Shown here: one piece after another, positions 16,566-25,282 of the stretch
Layout of the letters: each line of letters opens with the position of its first letter
Position numbering within the stretch: the stretch's first letter is position 1
NCBI GenBank assembly: GCA_964548795.1
Contig: CAZJSO010000005.1
Location: 1-35,143, forward strand
DNA: 35,143 nt
Reading direction: 5' to 3'
From: an uncultured Dehalococcoidia bacterium
GTDB taxonomy: Bacteria; Chloroflexota; Dehalococcoidia; SZUA-161; SpSt-899
Notes under the pieces: generated by a model
What the model saw: only the letters and a program-made list of their open reading frames with translations
What the model was told of the DNA's origin: nothing
The model's database searches: none
Translations under genes and position numbers: made by a program

Positions 16566-17157
16566 GCGGATCAGGCGGAGGGTTGCTGGGATTCTGACCT
16601 CGCCAGTAATTCAGGTTCTTACTAGAGCCGGCATTTCCCCCAATGTACTATCCCTTTTCGGATTTGCTCTTAACCTCGGTATTGCCTGGATTCTGGCCCA
16701 GGGTCATTTCTGGATAGGGGGAGTACTTATCTTTTTCTCAGGCTGGTTTGACCTGCTGGACGGGGCTCTAGCTCGGGCTAAAGGGAGGACAACCCGCTTT
16801 GGCGCCTTGCTCGATTCCACATTGGATCGCCTCTCTGAGGCAGCCTTATTCTTCGGGCTCCTCTTCTTCTACGTCCAGCAACCCGCAACGCTCGAGGTTC
16901 TGCTAATTTATATTGCCTTGGCCGGCTCGATGGCGGTAAGTTATGTTCGGGCGCGAGCGGAGGGATTGGGAATGGAACTCAGGGTGGGACTTCTCACCCG
17001 GTCGGAGAGAATAATTCTCCTGGCTCTGGGCCTTATCCTCAGCCAGTTCTATCCCCAGGCTTTGCTCATCACGTTGTGGGTGCTAGCCGTGGGGGCTAAT
17101 CTCACAGCTCTCCACCGAGTGCTCCGAGCCTGGCAGAAGACGAGGCAAGGCAAGTAG
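16558..17157 (+). CDS. CDP-alcohol phosphatidyltransferase (phosphatidylinositol-phosphate synthase-like)
   Basis: Signature D-x2-DG-x2-AR-x8-G-x3-D-x3-D is seen as DLLDGALARAKGRTTRFGALLDSTLD. The protein is polytopic. 8-nt overlap with the GT4 gene. Confidence 0.85.
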   Translation: MLERIRRRVAGILTSPVIQVLTRAGISPNVLSLFGFALNLGIAWILAQGHFWIGGVLIFFSGWFDLLDGALARAKGRTTRFGALLDSTLDRLSEAALFFGLLFFYVQQPATLEVLLIYIALAGSMAVSYVRARAEGLGMELRVGLLTRSERIILLALGLILSQFYPQALLITLWVLAVGANLTALHRVLRAWQKTRQGK

Positions 17158-17159
17158 AT

Positions 17160-18258
17160 TCAGCTTCTTGAGGCCAGCTTGAGATAGGCCTTGAGTAACT
17201 CATCAATTTCGCCGTCAAGCACCGCCGAGGCGTTGGCAGTCTCGTATCCGGTGCGGTGATCCTTAACTAACTTGTAAGGGTGGAGGACATAGCTACGTAT
17301 CTGATTCCCCCACTCAGCCGAAATCCGCTCCCCTTTTAGCTGGGCCAGCTTTTCGGCTTTCTTCTCCAGTTCAAGCTTAAGCAGCCGTGACATTAGGACT
17401 TTCATGGCCTTTTCCTTATTTCTAGCCTGGGAACGTTCGCTCTGGCAGGAAGCTTGCATCCCGGTGGGCAGGTGTGTAAGACGAACTGCGGAGCTGGTCT
17501 TTTGCATGTGCTGCCCTCCGGGTCCACTTGATCTGAACGTCTCGACCTTTAAGTCCTCGGGGTCTAATTTTACCTCAACCTCGCTTTCCACTTTTGGGAT
17601 TATTTCCACCAGGGCAAAAGAGGTGTGGCGAGCATGGTCAGCATCAAAAGGGGAGAGTCGAACCAGTCGGTGTACTCCATGCTCACCTTTTAGGTAGCCA
17701 TAGGCGTAATCTCCAGCAATGTCCACCAGGGCGCTCTTGATACCAGCCTCCTCTCCAGGCGATAGCTCTATAATTTCAGCCTGATATCCCCTTTTCTCAG
17801 CCCATCTCAGGTACATACGGAGCAACATCTCGGCCCAGTCCTGAGATTCTGTGCCTCCAGCGCCGGCGTGCACGCCCAAGATTGCCCCCCGCTTCTCATA
17901 CTCACCGCTGAGTGCCTCTCTCAGCTCTAGATCCTCTAATTCCCATTCCAGTTTCTCCAGCTCAGTAGATATCTCCGCACTTAGGGAATCATCCCCTTCA
18001 GCCAGGGCCAGTTCAACCAGCTCCTCCAGGCTCTTACATCTGCTCTCTAATCCACGCCAGGTCTGAACTTGCCCCTTGAGCTCAGAGAGCTTATGCATGG
18101 CCTCCCTAGCTCTAGCTGAGTCCTCCCAGAAGTCGGGGCGGGACGATTCAAGCTCAAGCCCAAGCATCTCCTTCTCTTTGGCCGACAGGTCAAAGATGCA
18201 CCATCCGTTCAGCCAAGCGCTTTCTCAATTCCTCTATCCTTTTCTTCAGCCCTTGCAT
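17160..18258 (-). CDS. prfB: Peptide chain release factor 2, expressed through a programmed +1 frameshift (22 codons in frame 0, then 343 codons)
   Basis: The downstream ORF carries SPF (RLVRLSPFD) and GGQ (SSGPGGQHMQKT). The upstream short frame MQGLKKRIEELRKRLAERMVHL ends at CTT TGA C. The ATG at 18258 is preceded by GGGAGGGA. The joined product is 365 aa. Confidence 0.92.
18189..18198 (-). other. RF2 autoregulatory +1 frameshift site CAT CTT TGA C
   Basis: Minus strand reads ...GGATGGTG CAT CTT TGA CCT GTC. This is the canonical CUU-UGA-C slippery/stop context, with a weak SD-like GGTG 3 nt upstream. Confidence 0.9.
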
Positions 18259-18266
18259 TTCCCTCC

Positions 18267-18974
18267 CTACATTTCGAATCTCAATTGAACACGCCTCTGA
18301 GCTGGCAGTTCCAGTTTTCCGCCTGCAGCAAGATGAGCTAGCCTGGTTGGCTCTGGGAGACGATACCCACGACAGCAATTTAGAGTCCACTTCCAAGCTG
18401 ACTCAAGGTCAACCTTGTGGCCTACAGAGATGTAAAGGGGCCTGGAATCGGGTTTTGTTCGCAGAACTACCCCAATTACCTCTCCCTGGTCAACAAGCTG
18501 GGTCCAGCTTCCTGGCTCAGGCCCTACTTCCTCGTGGCGTCCACATAACCTTGATTTGGCACAGCCGATGGTTGGCTTATCCCAGAGGACCCCTAGATGG
18601 GAAGCCAGCCCGAACCTTCGTGGATGCGCCACCCCTTGCCCGTCCACTAGGATTAGATCTGGTTCCACCTTAAGCCTCTGGCAGACAGCTAGAATGAGCG
18701 GAGATTCCCGGAAGGAGAGTAACCCTGGTATGTAAGGGAATTCCACCCTTTTCCCCAATACCTCACTCTCCACCAGTTCAAGCTCGGGATAACTCAGCAC
18801 AACCACCGCTGCTCGGGCCATCCCCTCTTTATCTGGCGCCGAGATATCCACCCCAGCTACCAGGCGAACTCTTCCAATCTCATCTCGTGGGGATACTCTA
18901 GCTGCCAGCCTTCGTTGAATCTGCTCCGCCTGTGCTGGCGTTACTCCCCAATCATGCAAAGGAAGAAATCTCAT
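18267..18974 (-). CDS. nfi: Endonuclease V (deoxyinosine 3' endonuclease)
   Basis: 235 aa with VAGVDIS (catalytic Asp), FPYIPGLLSFRE, LILVDGQGVAHPRRFGLASHLG and the C-terminal GYRLPEPTRLAH. Confidence 0.9.
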   Translation of the reverse strand: MRFLPLHDWGVTPAQAEQIQRRLAARVSPRDEIGRVRLVAGVDISAPDKEGMARAAVVVLSYPELELVESEVLGKRVEFPYIPGLLSFRESPLILAVCQRLKVEPDLILVDGQGVAHPRRFGLASHLGVLWDKPTIGCAKSRLCGRHEEVGPEPGSWTQLVDQGEVIGVVLRTKPDSRPLYISVGHKVDLESAWKWTLNCCRGYRLPEPTRLAHLAAGGKLELPAQRRVQLRFEM

Positions 18975-18983
18975 TTGACTATG

Positions 18984-19571
18984 CTATGGTAGTGGGGCCC
19001 GACCGAAGAAGTGCCGAACCACGTCAAACTCTTTCGGAAGAAGGTGAAGCAGAAAGGGAAACGTACGCAGGAAAAAGCCTGCGAGACTAGACCCCTCAAT
19101 CGCTGCCGAAACTTGCTGACGAACCTGCATCAGTGCACGCCAATGGTACAACCAGGCTTCAATGCCTGAGGTGCTCTCAGGCAGGCTCGCCGGCAAAGCC
19201 ACATACCGAGCCAGAAGATAGGTCAAAGAAGCAACAGCAACCCAGCCAATCAATAGCCCCCCGATAAGCCCGCCTAGACGATCTACCCACCCCAAGGCCA
19301 CCATCTGGAGAGACTTCCTTACGAATGCTCCCAGGATTGACGCGCCTATTAGCACCACTAGGAAGATGATGGCAAAGGCAATGATCCGAGCCAGATTAAT
19401 GCTCCCAATGAAAGTGAGTTTCTCTGCCAGAGAAGCGTGAAATTGGCCTGCCAGGAAAACGCCTAAAATCAGGCCCACCAGCGGGAAGAGAGTCCTCATC
19501 AGGCCTCTTGATAAACCGATTAGGGCGAGAATGATCCAGATAGCCAGTAGAGCTATATCCAGCCAGTTCAC
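18984..19571 (-). CDS. cvpA: CvpA-family integral membrane protein
   Basis: [26 protein letters not shown] is the typical CvpA N-terminus. About four TM segments. GTG start. Confidence 0.75.
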   Translation of the reverse strand: MNWLDIALLAIWIILALIGLSRGLMRTLFPLVGLILGVFLAGQFHASLAEKLTFIGSINLARIIAFAIIFLVVLIGASILGAFVRKSLQMVALGWVDRLGGLIGGLLIGWVAVASLTYLLARYVALPASLPESTSGIEAWLYHWRALMQVRQQVSAAIEGSSLAGFFLRTFPFLLHLLPKEFDVVRHFFGRAPLP

Positions 19572-19693
19572 GCTTGTATTTTATCATTTCAGGGAGTTAT
19601 TTCAAAGCAAGGCCTCATCAGCACACTCAGGGGAGGCAAAATTTCTCTCAAAAGGTTAAAATACATATGGATAGATTAAGCCTCGGGGGGAAT

Positions 19694-22147
19694 ATGGCTG
19701 AAGTCGGAACTATAAGGCCGGTTAGTCTGGAAGAAGAGGTAAAAAGCTCCTACCTCGATTACGCCATGAGCGTGATTGTCTCCCGAGCTCTACCGGATGT
19801 TCGGGATGGACTTAAGCCAGTACAGCGCCGCATTCTATATGGCATGCAGCAGCTCGGGCTTGGTCCTGGCAGCTCTTATAAGAAAAGTGCCCGCATAGTT
19901 GGTGAGGTGTTGGGAAAGTACCATCCCCACGGTGATGTGCCAGTATATGAGGCCATGGTAAGGATGGCTCAAGACTTCTCCATGCGAGCCCCACTTATTG
20001 ATGGACAGGGTAACTTTGGAAGCTTGGACAACGATCCCCCGGCAGCTATGCGCTACACGGAAGCCAGGCTGGCAAGAATTACCGAGGAGATGCTAGCTGA
20101 CATAGATAAAGACGTGGTTGACTTCGTGCCTAATTTTGACGCCTCCACCACAGAGCCAGTCGTCCTACCGGCCCGTTTCCCTAACTTGCTCCTCAATGGG
20201 GCTGCTGGGATCGCTGTGGGCATGGCCACTAACATCCCCCCACACAACCTTGGCGAAATCTGTGATGGTATAATATACTTCATCGAGCATCCTGAGGCTA
20301 CTGTCAGTGACCTTATGAACCTGATCCCTGGCCCAGATTTTCCTGGAGGGGCTCTCATCCTAGGGAAGGAGGGGATCAAAAGCGCCTATACCACCGGCAG
20401 GGGGAAGATTGTGCTCCAGGCACAGGCCAAACTCGACGAGACGAGTAAAGGTAGATCCCGCATCGTGGTTACCGAGCTTCCCTACCAGGTGAACAAGGCT
20501 GCCTTGGTAGAGCGCATCGCCGAGCTAGTCCGCGATAAGCGCCTCAGCGGAATTGCTGAGATACGAGATGAATCAGATAGGGAAGGGGTAAGGATTGTCA
20601 TTGAGCTCAGGAAGGACGGTCAGCCTCGGCAGGTGCTCAATAACCTTTACAAGTATACTGCTATGCGCTCGGCCTTCTTCGTTAATATGCTGGCCCTGAT
20701 CGAAGGTCAGCCAAGGCTGATAAATCTGAAGACTGCGCTGCAACAGTTCATTAAGTTCCGCCGGCGGGTGATCACCCGTCGCTCCCGATTTGAGCTCCGT
20801 AAAGCCCGCGACCGAGCTCACATCCTCGAGGGAATCAAGATAGCCCTAGATAATCTGGATGAGGTTATTTCCCTCATTAGGGGCGCTAGAACTGCAGAGC
20901 AAGCTCGAGAGAGCCTAATGAAGCAATATGACCTATCCCAGGCCCAGGCCCAGGCCATTCTGGAAATACAGCTACGCCGCCTCGCTCACTTGGAACGCGA
21001 GAAGGTCGACGAGGAGTACGCCTCGTTGCTCCAGAATATCGCCTATCTGGAAGACCTCCTGGCTAACCCTCGTAAAATTGATTTTTTGATTAAGGAGGAA
21101 ACCGCCCAGCTCAAGTCTAAGTACGCTGATTCCCGTCGAACCAAGATCAGCGAGGAAGAAGCCGAAGAATTTAGCGCTGAAGATTTGATTCCGCACCAGT
21201 CCATGGTGATCATCCTCAGCCGAAGAGGTTATATTAAGAGATTGCCAGCCGAGGCCTACCGAATACAACGCCGCGGGGGAAGGGGGGTGGCTGGGGTAAC
21301 CACCCGGGAAACTGACGATGTGAGACACATTGTTATAGCCGACACACATGACAACCTGTTGTTCTTCACTAACCGGGGCAGAATATTTAGCCTCAAATGC
21401 TACCGAATACCACAGGAAATGTCCCGAGCATCGAAGGGTGTCCCCTTGGTTAACCTGGTTTCTATCCAGCCGGGGGAGCAGGTAACCACTTTAATGCCAG
21501 TGGAAAACTTCTCCCAGGGGTTTGCTGTCCTAGCCACTGCCAGAGGGGAGGTAAAGAAATCCGGGCTCCAAAACTTCGCTGCGGTGCGCTCTAGTGGGGT
21601 AATTGCTATGGATCTAGAGAAGAATGATGAACTCATCTCAGCTAGGGCAGCGCAAAATGAAGATGAACTTATCCTGGTTACTAAGAGAGGCTATTCTATC
21701 AGGTTTGGAGTGGGAAGACTTCGGACTGCTTCCCGGACCAGTGGGGGGGTGAGGGGCATCAGGCTTGGCTCAGATGATCAAGTAGTAGCTCTGGAAATAG
21801 TTCATCCGAAAGCTCTTCTTTTCACCATTACCGCCAATGGCTTCGGCAAATTGACCCCCCTCGAAGAGTATAGAGGACAACAAAGAGGAGGTGGTGGAAT
21901 CAGAGCCCATCGTGTGAGCCCTAAAACTGGTTCTGTGGTGGATGCGGTGGTAGTTTTCTCCTCCTATGAGCTAGTGATCACCACCCGAGAAGGGATAGTA
22001 TTACGAACTCTTGCCAGGGAAGTGCCTCATCAGCGGCGAAATGCCCAGGGGGTCAAGATGATGAAGTTGAACGCAGGTGATGAGGTAGCCTCAGTCGCTT
22101 ATCTTAACCGAAAACGAGACAACCCTCCAGAAAAGGAAGTTGGGTGA
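19694..22147 (+). CDS. gyrA: DNA gyrase subunit A
   Basis: Contains [31 protein letters not shown], the catalytic Tyr context AMRYTEARL and C-terminal beta-pinwheel repeats. I prefer the ATG at 19694 ([16 protein letters not shown] upstream). The 40 codons the ORF track adds have no GyrA counterpart. Confidence 0.95.
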   Translation: MAEVGTIRPVSLEEEVKSSYLDYAMSVIVSRALPDVRDGLKPVQRRILYGMQQLGLGPGSSYKKSARIVGEVLGKYHPHGDVPVYEAMVRMAQDFSMRAPLIDGQGNFGSLDNDPPAAMRYTEARLARITEEMLADIDKDVVDFVPNFDASTTEPVVLPARFPNLLLNGAAGIAVGMATNIPPHNLGEICDGIIYFIEHPEATVSDLMNLIPGPDFPGGALILGKEGIKSAYTTGRGKIVLQAQAKLDETSKGRSRIVVTELPYQVNKAALVERIAELVRDKRLSGIAEIRDESDREGVRIVIELRKDGQPRQVLNNLYKYTAMRSAFFVNMLALIEGQPRLINLKTALQQFIKFRRRVITRRSRFELRKARDRAHILEGIKIALDNLDEVISLIRGARTAEQARESLMKQYDLSQAQAQAILEIQLRRLAHLEREKVDEEYASLLQNIAYLEDLLANPRKIDFLIKEETAQLKSKYADSRRTKISEEEAEEFSAEDLIPHQSMVIILSRRGYIKRLPAEAYRIQRRGGRGVAGVTTRETDDVRHIVIADTHDNLLFFTNRGRIFSLKCYRIPQEMSRASKGVPLVNLVSIQPGEQVTTLMPVENFSQGFAVLATARGEVKKSGLQNFAAVRSSGVIAMDLEKNDELISARAAQNEDELILVTKRGYSIRFGVGRLRTASRTSGGVRGIRLGSDDQVVALEIVHPKALLFTITANGFGKLTPLEEYRGQQRGGGGIRAHRVSPKTGSVVDAVVVFSSYELVITTREGIVLRTLAREVPHQRRNAQGVKMMKLNAGDEVASVAYLNRKRDNPPEKEVG

Positions 22148-22737
22148 ATTTTCTCCAAGAGCTCGGCCTTACCTTCGTGCCCCTTCTTGTAGCCACTGAT
22201 CCCATCGGGACCTTGCCCTTTATCCTAGCCTTAACTCAAGGCATGGGAGCAAGGGAGCGAGCCAGAACCATCCGCTATGCTACGCTTACTGGCCTGGGAC
22301 TAGGCTTGGTCTTTGTGGCCTTAGGTAAGGGAGTTTTCCTATTCCTGGGGGTCCGCGTGGCTGATTTTCTAATAGCTGGAGGCCTCCTGCTCTTGATCCT
22401 GTCTGTCAGGCATTTGCTTACCGGCCGAATGGTGGACATCGAGCCGGGGCATGGCGATATAGTGGGCGTTGTCCCCATAGGAATTCCCCTGGTCGTGGGA
22501 CCGGCGGTTCTTACCACTTTGCTCCTTCTGGTGGACCGCTATTCTCTCTGGGTAGTGCTTTTATCCTTTGTTCTTAACCTGGCCATTGCCTATCTGCTCC
22601 TCTCCCGGGCCAATTGGATAGCCAACCTGTTACGTGAGGTTGGGATGAGAGCCGCCTCTCAAATAGCCAGCTTGCTGCTTGCCGCCATTGCCGTGATGCT
22701 TATCCGACAAGGAGTAGTGGAGCTCCTGGGAATGTGA
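22144..22737 (+). CDS. MarC/UPF0056 family integral membrane protein
   Basis: 197 aa, about six TM segments, with the N-terminal [17 protein letters not shown] motif. GTG start overlaps the gyrA stop (GTGA). Confidence 0.75.
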   Translation: MNFLQELGLTFVPLLVATDPIGTLPFILALTQGMGARERARTIRYATLTGLGLGLVFVALGKGVFLFLGVRVADFLIAGGLLLLILSVRHLLTGRMVDIEPGHGDIVGVVPIGIPLVVGPAVLTTLLLLVDRYSLWVVLLSFVLNLAIAYLLLSRANWIANLLREVGMRAASQIASLLLAAIAVMLIRQGVVELLGM

Positions 22738-24194
22738 GAGCCCTTCTCAGACCTAAAGCCTGGCAACTGCTGACGCTCCTTATTCCCCTATTCCTGTTCG
22801 TAGGGATCGAGGCCAGTCCACCTAGCCCTTCGCTGAATTTGGAGCGGCTAAAGCAAGAGGCCGGGAAGATTCTCCAGATAAACCAGGTAATTCAAATGAG
22901 ATCCTGCAGCGGAAAAGCTTGTGAGGTTACTTACCACGCCCCTTACCTCCACCCAATAGGAAACCCTCCCCCGGGTCTGCCGAGCTGGCTTCGATGGACA
23001 TGGGAAGTCTGGTCACGGCTCGAAGAACCCTGGGAAGTGCGCTATCCCGATCAGTTCTTTTGGGACTCTTGCTTCCAAGCCATAGCCCTGTCGCACCTTG
23101 ACTCGGAACTGGCGGGGAAGGAGATCGAAAGCTTGCTCTGCGCCCAGGATGAAGACGGCTTTATTCCTCACCTAATTTGGAATCCAGAGCGGATGCACTG
23201 GCTTGATCGCTTATTGAAGCGAGCCTATCCCGGGGAGTGCGGGTCTCCTTTCCTCCAACCCCCTATGCTGGCTGAAGCAGTGGAGCAGGTGTACCTCCAC
23301 AGCCAGGATCGTGACTTTCTAGAGAGGGTTCTCCCTAAGATTAAGAAGTATTATCGCTACATTGAGCGCACTCGCTGCCGCAGCGGGGATGGGCTCCCGG
23401 AGATTATCATCTCCTATGAATCTGGCAAGGATCGCAGCCCGGAGTACGACCTTATCTACGGCGAATCCAATGCCATTCCGGCCTGGCGAGGGCCGATGGC
23501 AAAACTCATCTGGCATTACTGGAGAGCTGGATGGGATTTGGAGAAGATCTTCGCCAGCAATCGCTTTCGGGTAAAGGATGTATTATTCTGCTCTATCTAC
23601 AGCCGAAATCTTTCTTCCCTAAGCCACCTCTGTGAAATTGTGGGGGGTAGGGAAGCCAGGTACTTTCGGGAGAAGGCCCTCGAGGTAGAGAGATCCATAG
23701 AGGACAAGATGTGGGATGAGAAAACAGGCCTTTTCTTCAGCCTCGATGCTCGCTGGGAACGTGACAGGAAGATAAAGGTGATTACCATCTCCTCCCTCAT
23801 GCCCCTCATCCTGGACAACCTCAGCCAGGACAAGGTGGAGAAATTGATGCGGCATCTCCTAAACCCGGAGGAGTTCTGGGCTCCCTATCCTGTTCCGGCC
23901 ATTCCCCTGAACTCGCCGGTTAAGGAGCCCGAGGGGCACCTTGTCTGGCGGGGGAGGCAAACCTGGATACCTACCAACTGGTACCTGATCAAAGGGCTTA
24001 AGGAGCAGGCCAAGCGTTTTCATAGCCAATCTTACGAACAGGTAGCCCAAGAACTTACTCGAAGAACACTTGAGCTCGTGAGCCAAAGTGGATTCCGAGA
24101 ATATTATGATGCCCGAACGGGTAAGGGCGAAGGAGCCCTGGAATTTGGCCCTTCCACAGTTATTCTGGATTTGATGCCGGGCAGTAAGCGTTAG
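22734..24194 (+). CDS. (alpha/alpha)6-barrel glycoside hydrolase, GH63 / mannosyl- or glucosylglycerate-hydrolase-like, with an N-terminal signal anchor
   Basis: Contains FWDSCFQAIA, DGFIPHLIW, LQPPMLA, the acid motif YESGKDRSPEYD and the C-terminal GFREYYDARTGKGEGALEFG. The family assignment comes from remembered motifs only. GTG start overlaps the marC-family stop (GTGA). Confidence 0.55.
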   Translation: MRALLRPKAWQLLTLLIPLFLFVGIEASPPSPSLNLERLKQEAGKILQINQVIQMRSCSGKACEVTYHAPYLHPIGNPPPGLPSWLRWTWEVWSRLEEPWEVRYPDQFFWDSCFQAIALSHLDSELAGKEIESLLCAQDEDGFIPHLIWNPERMHWLDRLLKRAYPGECGSPFLQPPMLAEAVEQVYLHSQDRDFLERVLPKIKKYYRYIERTRCRSGDGLPEIIISYESGKDRSPEYDLIYGESNAIPAWRGPMAKLIWHYWRAGWDLEKIFASNRFRVKDVLFCSIYSRNLSSLSHLCEIVGGREARYFREKALEVERSIEDKMWDEKTGLFFSLDARWERDRKIKVITISSLMPLILDNLSQDKVEKLMRHLLNPEEFWAPYPVPAIPLNSPVKEPEGHLVWRGRQTWIPTNWYLIKGLKEQAKRFHSQSYEQVAQELTRRTLELVSQSGFREYYDARTGKGEGALEFGPSTVILDLMPGSKR

Positions 24195-24256
24195 GTTAAG
24201 ATGAGGCTGATGGTTCATTGCCATCCGTATCCCTAAAGCTTTATACTAAATTTGCC

Positions 24257-25201
24257 ATGAAGAAGGACCTGCTTTCAATAATTGACCTGACCCAGGATGA
24301 ACTTCGCAAGCTTGTTGAGTTCGCCCTCCAAATTAAAAGGGAGGGAGGTGGACCTGTGCTTGCGGGAAAGACCCTGGCCCTGATATTCGAGAAGCCCTCG
24401 CTTCGTACCCGCGTCAGCTTCGATGTGGCCATGTACCAGCTCGGCGGACATGCCCTCTATCTTTCGGGGGAGGAGGTGGGGTTGGGAAAAAGGGAAGCCA
24501 TAAAGGACATGGCTGGGGTCTTGAGTCGCTATGTGGACATGATCGTTGCCCGAACCTTCGCCCACCGCACAGTGGAAGAGCTGGCCCAACATGCTAGCAT
24601 CCCGGTGATAAATGGCCTTTCGGATAGGGAGCATCCCTGCCAGATCGTCGCTGACCTTCTCACCATCTATGAGAAAAAGGGTAAACTTGACGGCCTGACT
24701 GTAGCCTTCATCGGCGATGGCAACAATGTGGCTAACAGCCTCATACTGGCCACTGCCATGCTGGGGATGCATTTCGCCATGGCCTCCCCCCATGGCTATT
24801 GGATTCAAGATAAGGTGGTCTCTTTAGCCACTGGCTTTGCTCGAGAGAACCAGAGCCAGATTTTTATGACCTCGGAACCTGAGGAGGTGGTAGGTGAGGC
24901 CGATGTGATTTACACTGACGTCTGGGTGAGCATGGGTCAGGAGGCTGAGAAAGAAAGGCGACTTAAGGACTTTGCCCGCTACCGGATTGATGCCCAGCTT
25001 CTGGCCAAGGCCAGGCCCGAGGCCATTCTAATGCACCCCATGCCAGTCCACTGGGGTGAGGAGTTGGCCAAGGAGCTGGTCGACTCCCCTCGCTTGGTGC
25101 TCCTCGACCAGGCGGAGAACCGTCTGCATGCCCAAAAGGCCATACTGGCAAAGCTGGGCGGAAACACGAATCGCTCTTCTACACAGGGGAAGCCTCGCTG
25201 A
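24257..25201 (+). CDS. argF: Ornithine carbamoyltransferase (variant HPMP in place of HCLP)
   Basis: Contains SLRTRVSF, HPCQIVADL, GDGNNVANS, DVWVSMG and LDQAENRLHAQKAIL. I prefer the ATG at 24257 (MKKDLLSIIDL). The TTG at 24218 would add 13 aa with no OTC counterpart. Confidence 0.85.
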   Translation: MKKDLLSIIDLTQDELRKLVEFALQIKREGGGPVLAGKTLALIFEKPSLRTRVSFDVAMYQLGGHALYLSGEEVGLGKREAIKDMAGVLSRYVDMIVARTFAHRTVEELAQHASIPVINGLSDREHPCQIVADLLTIYEKKGKLDGLTVAFIGDGNNVANSLILATAMLGMHFAMASPHGYWIQDKVVSLATGFARENQSQIFMTSEPEEVVGEADVIYTDVWVSMGQEAEKERRLKDFARYRIDAQLLAKARPEAILMHPMPVHWGEELAKELVDSPRLVLLDQAENRLHAQKAILAKLGGNTNRSSTQGKPR

Positions 25202-25225
25202 GAGCGAATATCTTAGAACATCAAG

Positions 25226-25265
25226 GAAGGGACGGCTTCCATCGGAAGCCGTCCCTTAACTTTTT
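25226..25265 (+). terminator. Strong rho-independent terminator after argF
   Basis: AAGGGACGGCTTCC-ATC-GGAAGCCGTCCCTT forms a perfect 14-bp stem with a 3-nt loop, followed by AAC TTTTTT. It lies between convergent genes, and a T-run is present only on the plus strand. Confidence 0.85.
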
Positions 25266-25282
25266 TCGACAAGCTCTGGATG

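Noticed and set aside
18190-18396. A 68-aa ORF treated as an independent gene overlapping the nfi 3' end
   Set aside because: Only its last 22 codons are real. They form the frame-0 leader of prfB, ending at the CTT TGA C frameshift site. The upstream 46 codons overlap nfi out of frame.
19574-19693. A 40-codon N-terminal extension of gyrA suggested by the ORF track
   Set aside because: The extension ([16 protein letters not shown]...) has no counterpart in GyrA proteins and begins 2 nt from the divergent cvpA start. The ATG at 19694 gives a normal GyrA N-terminus.
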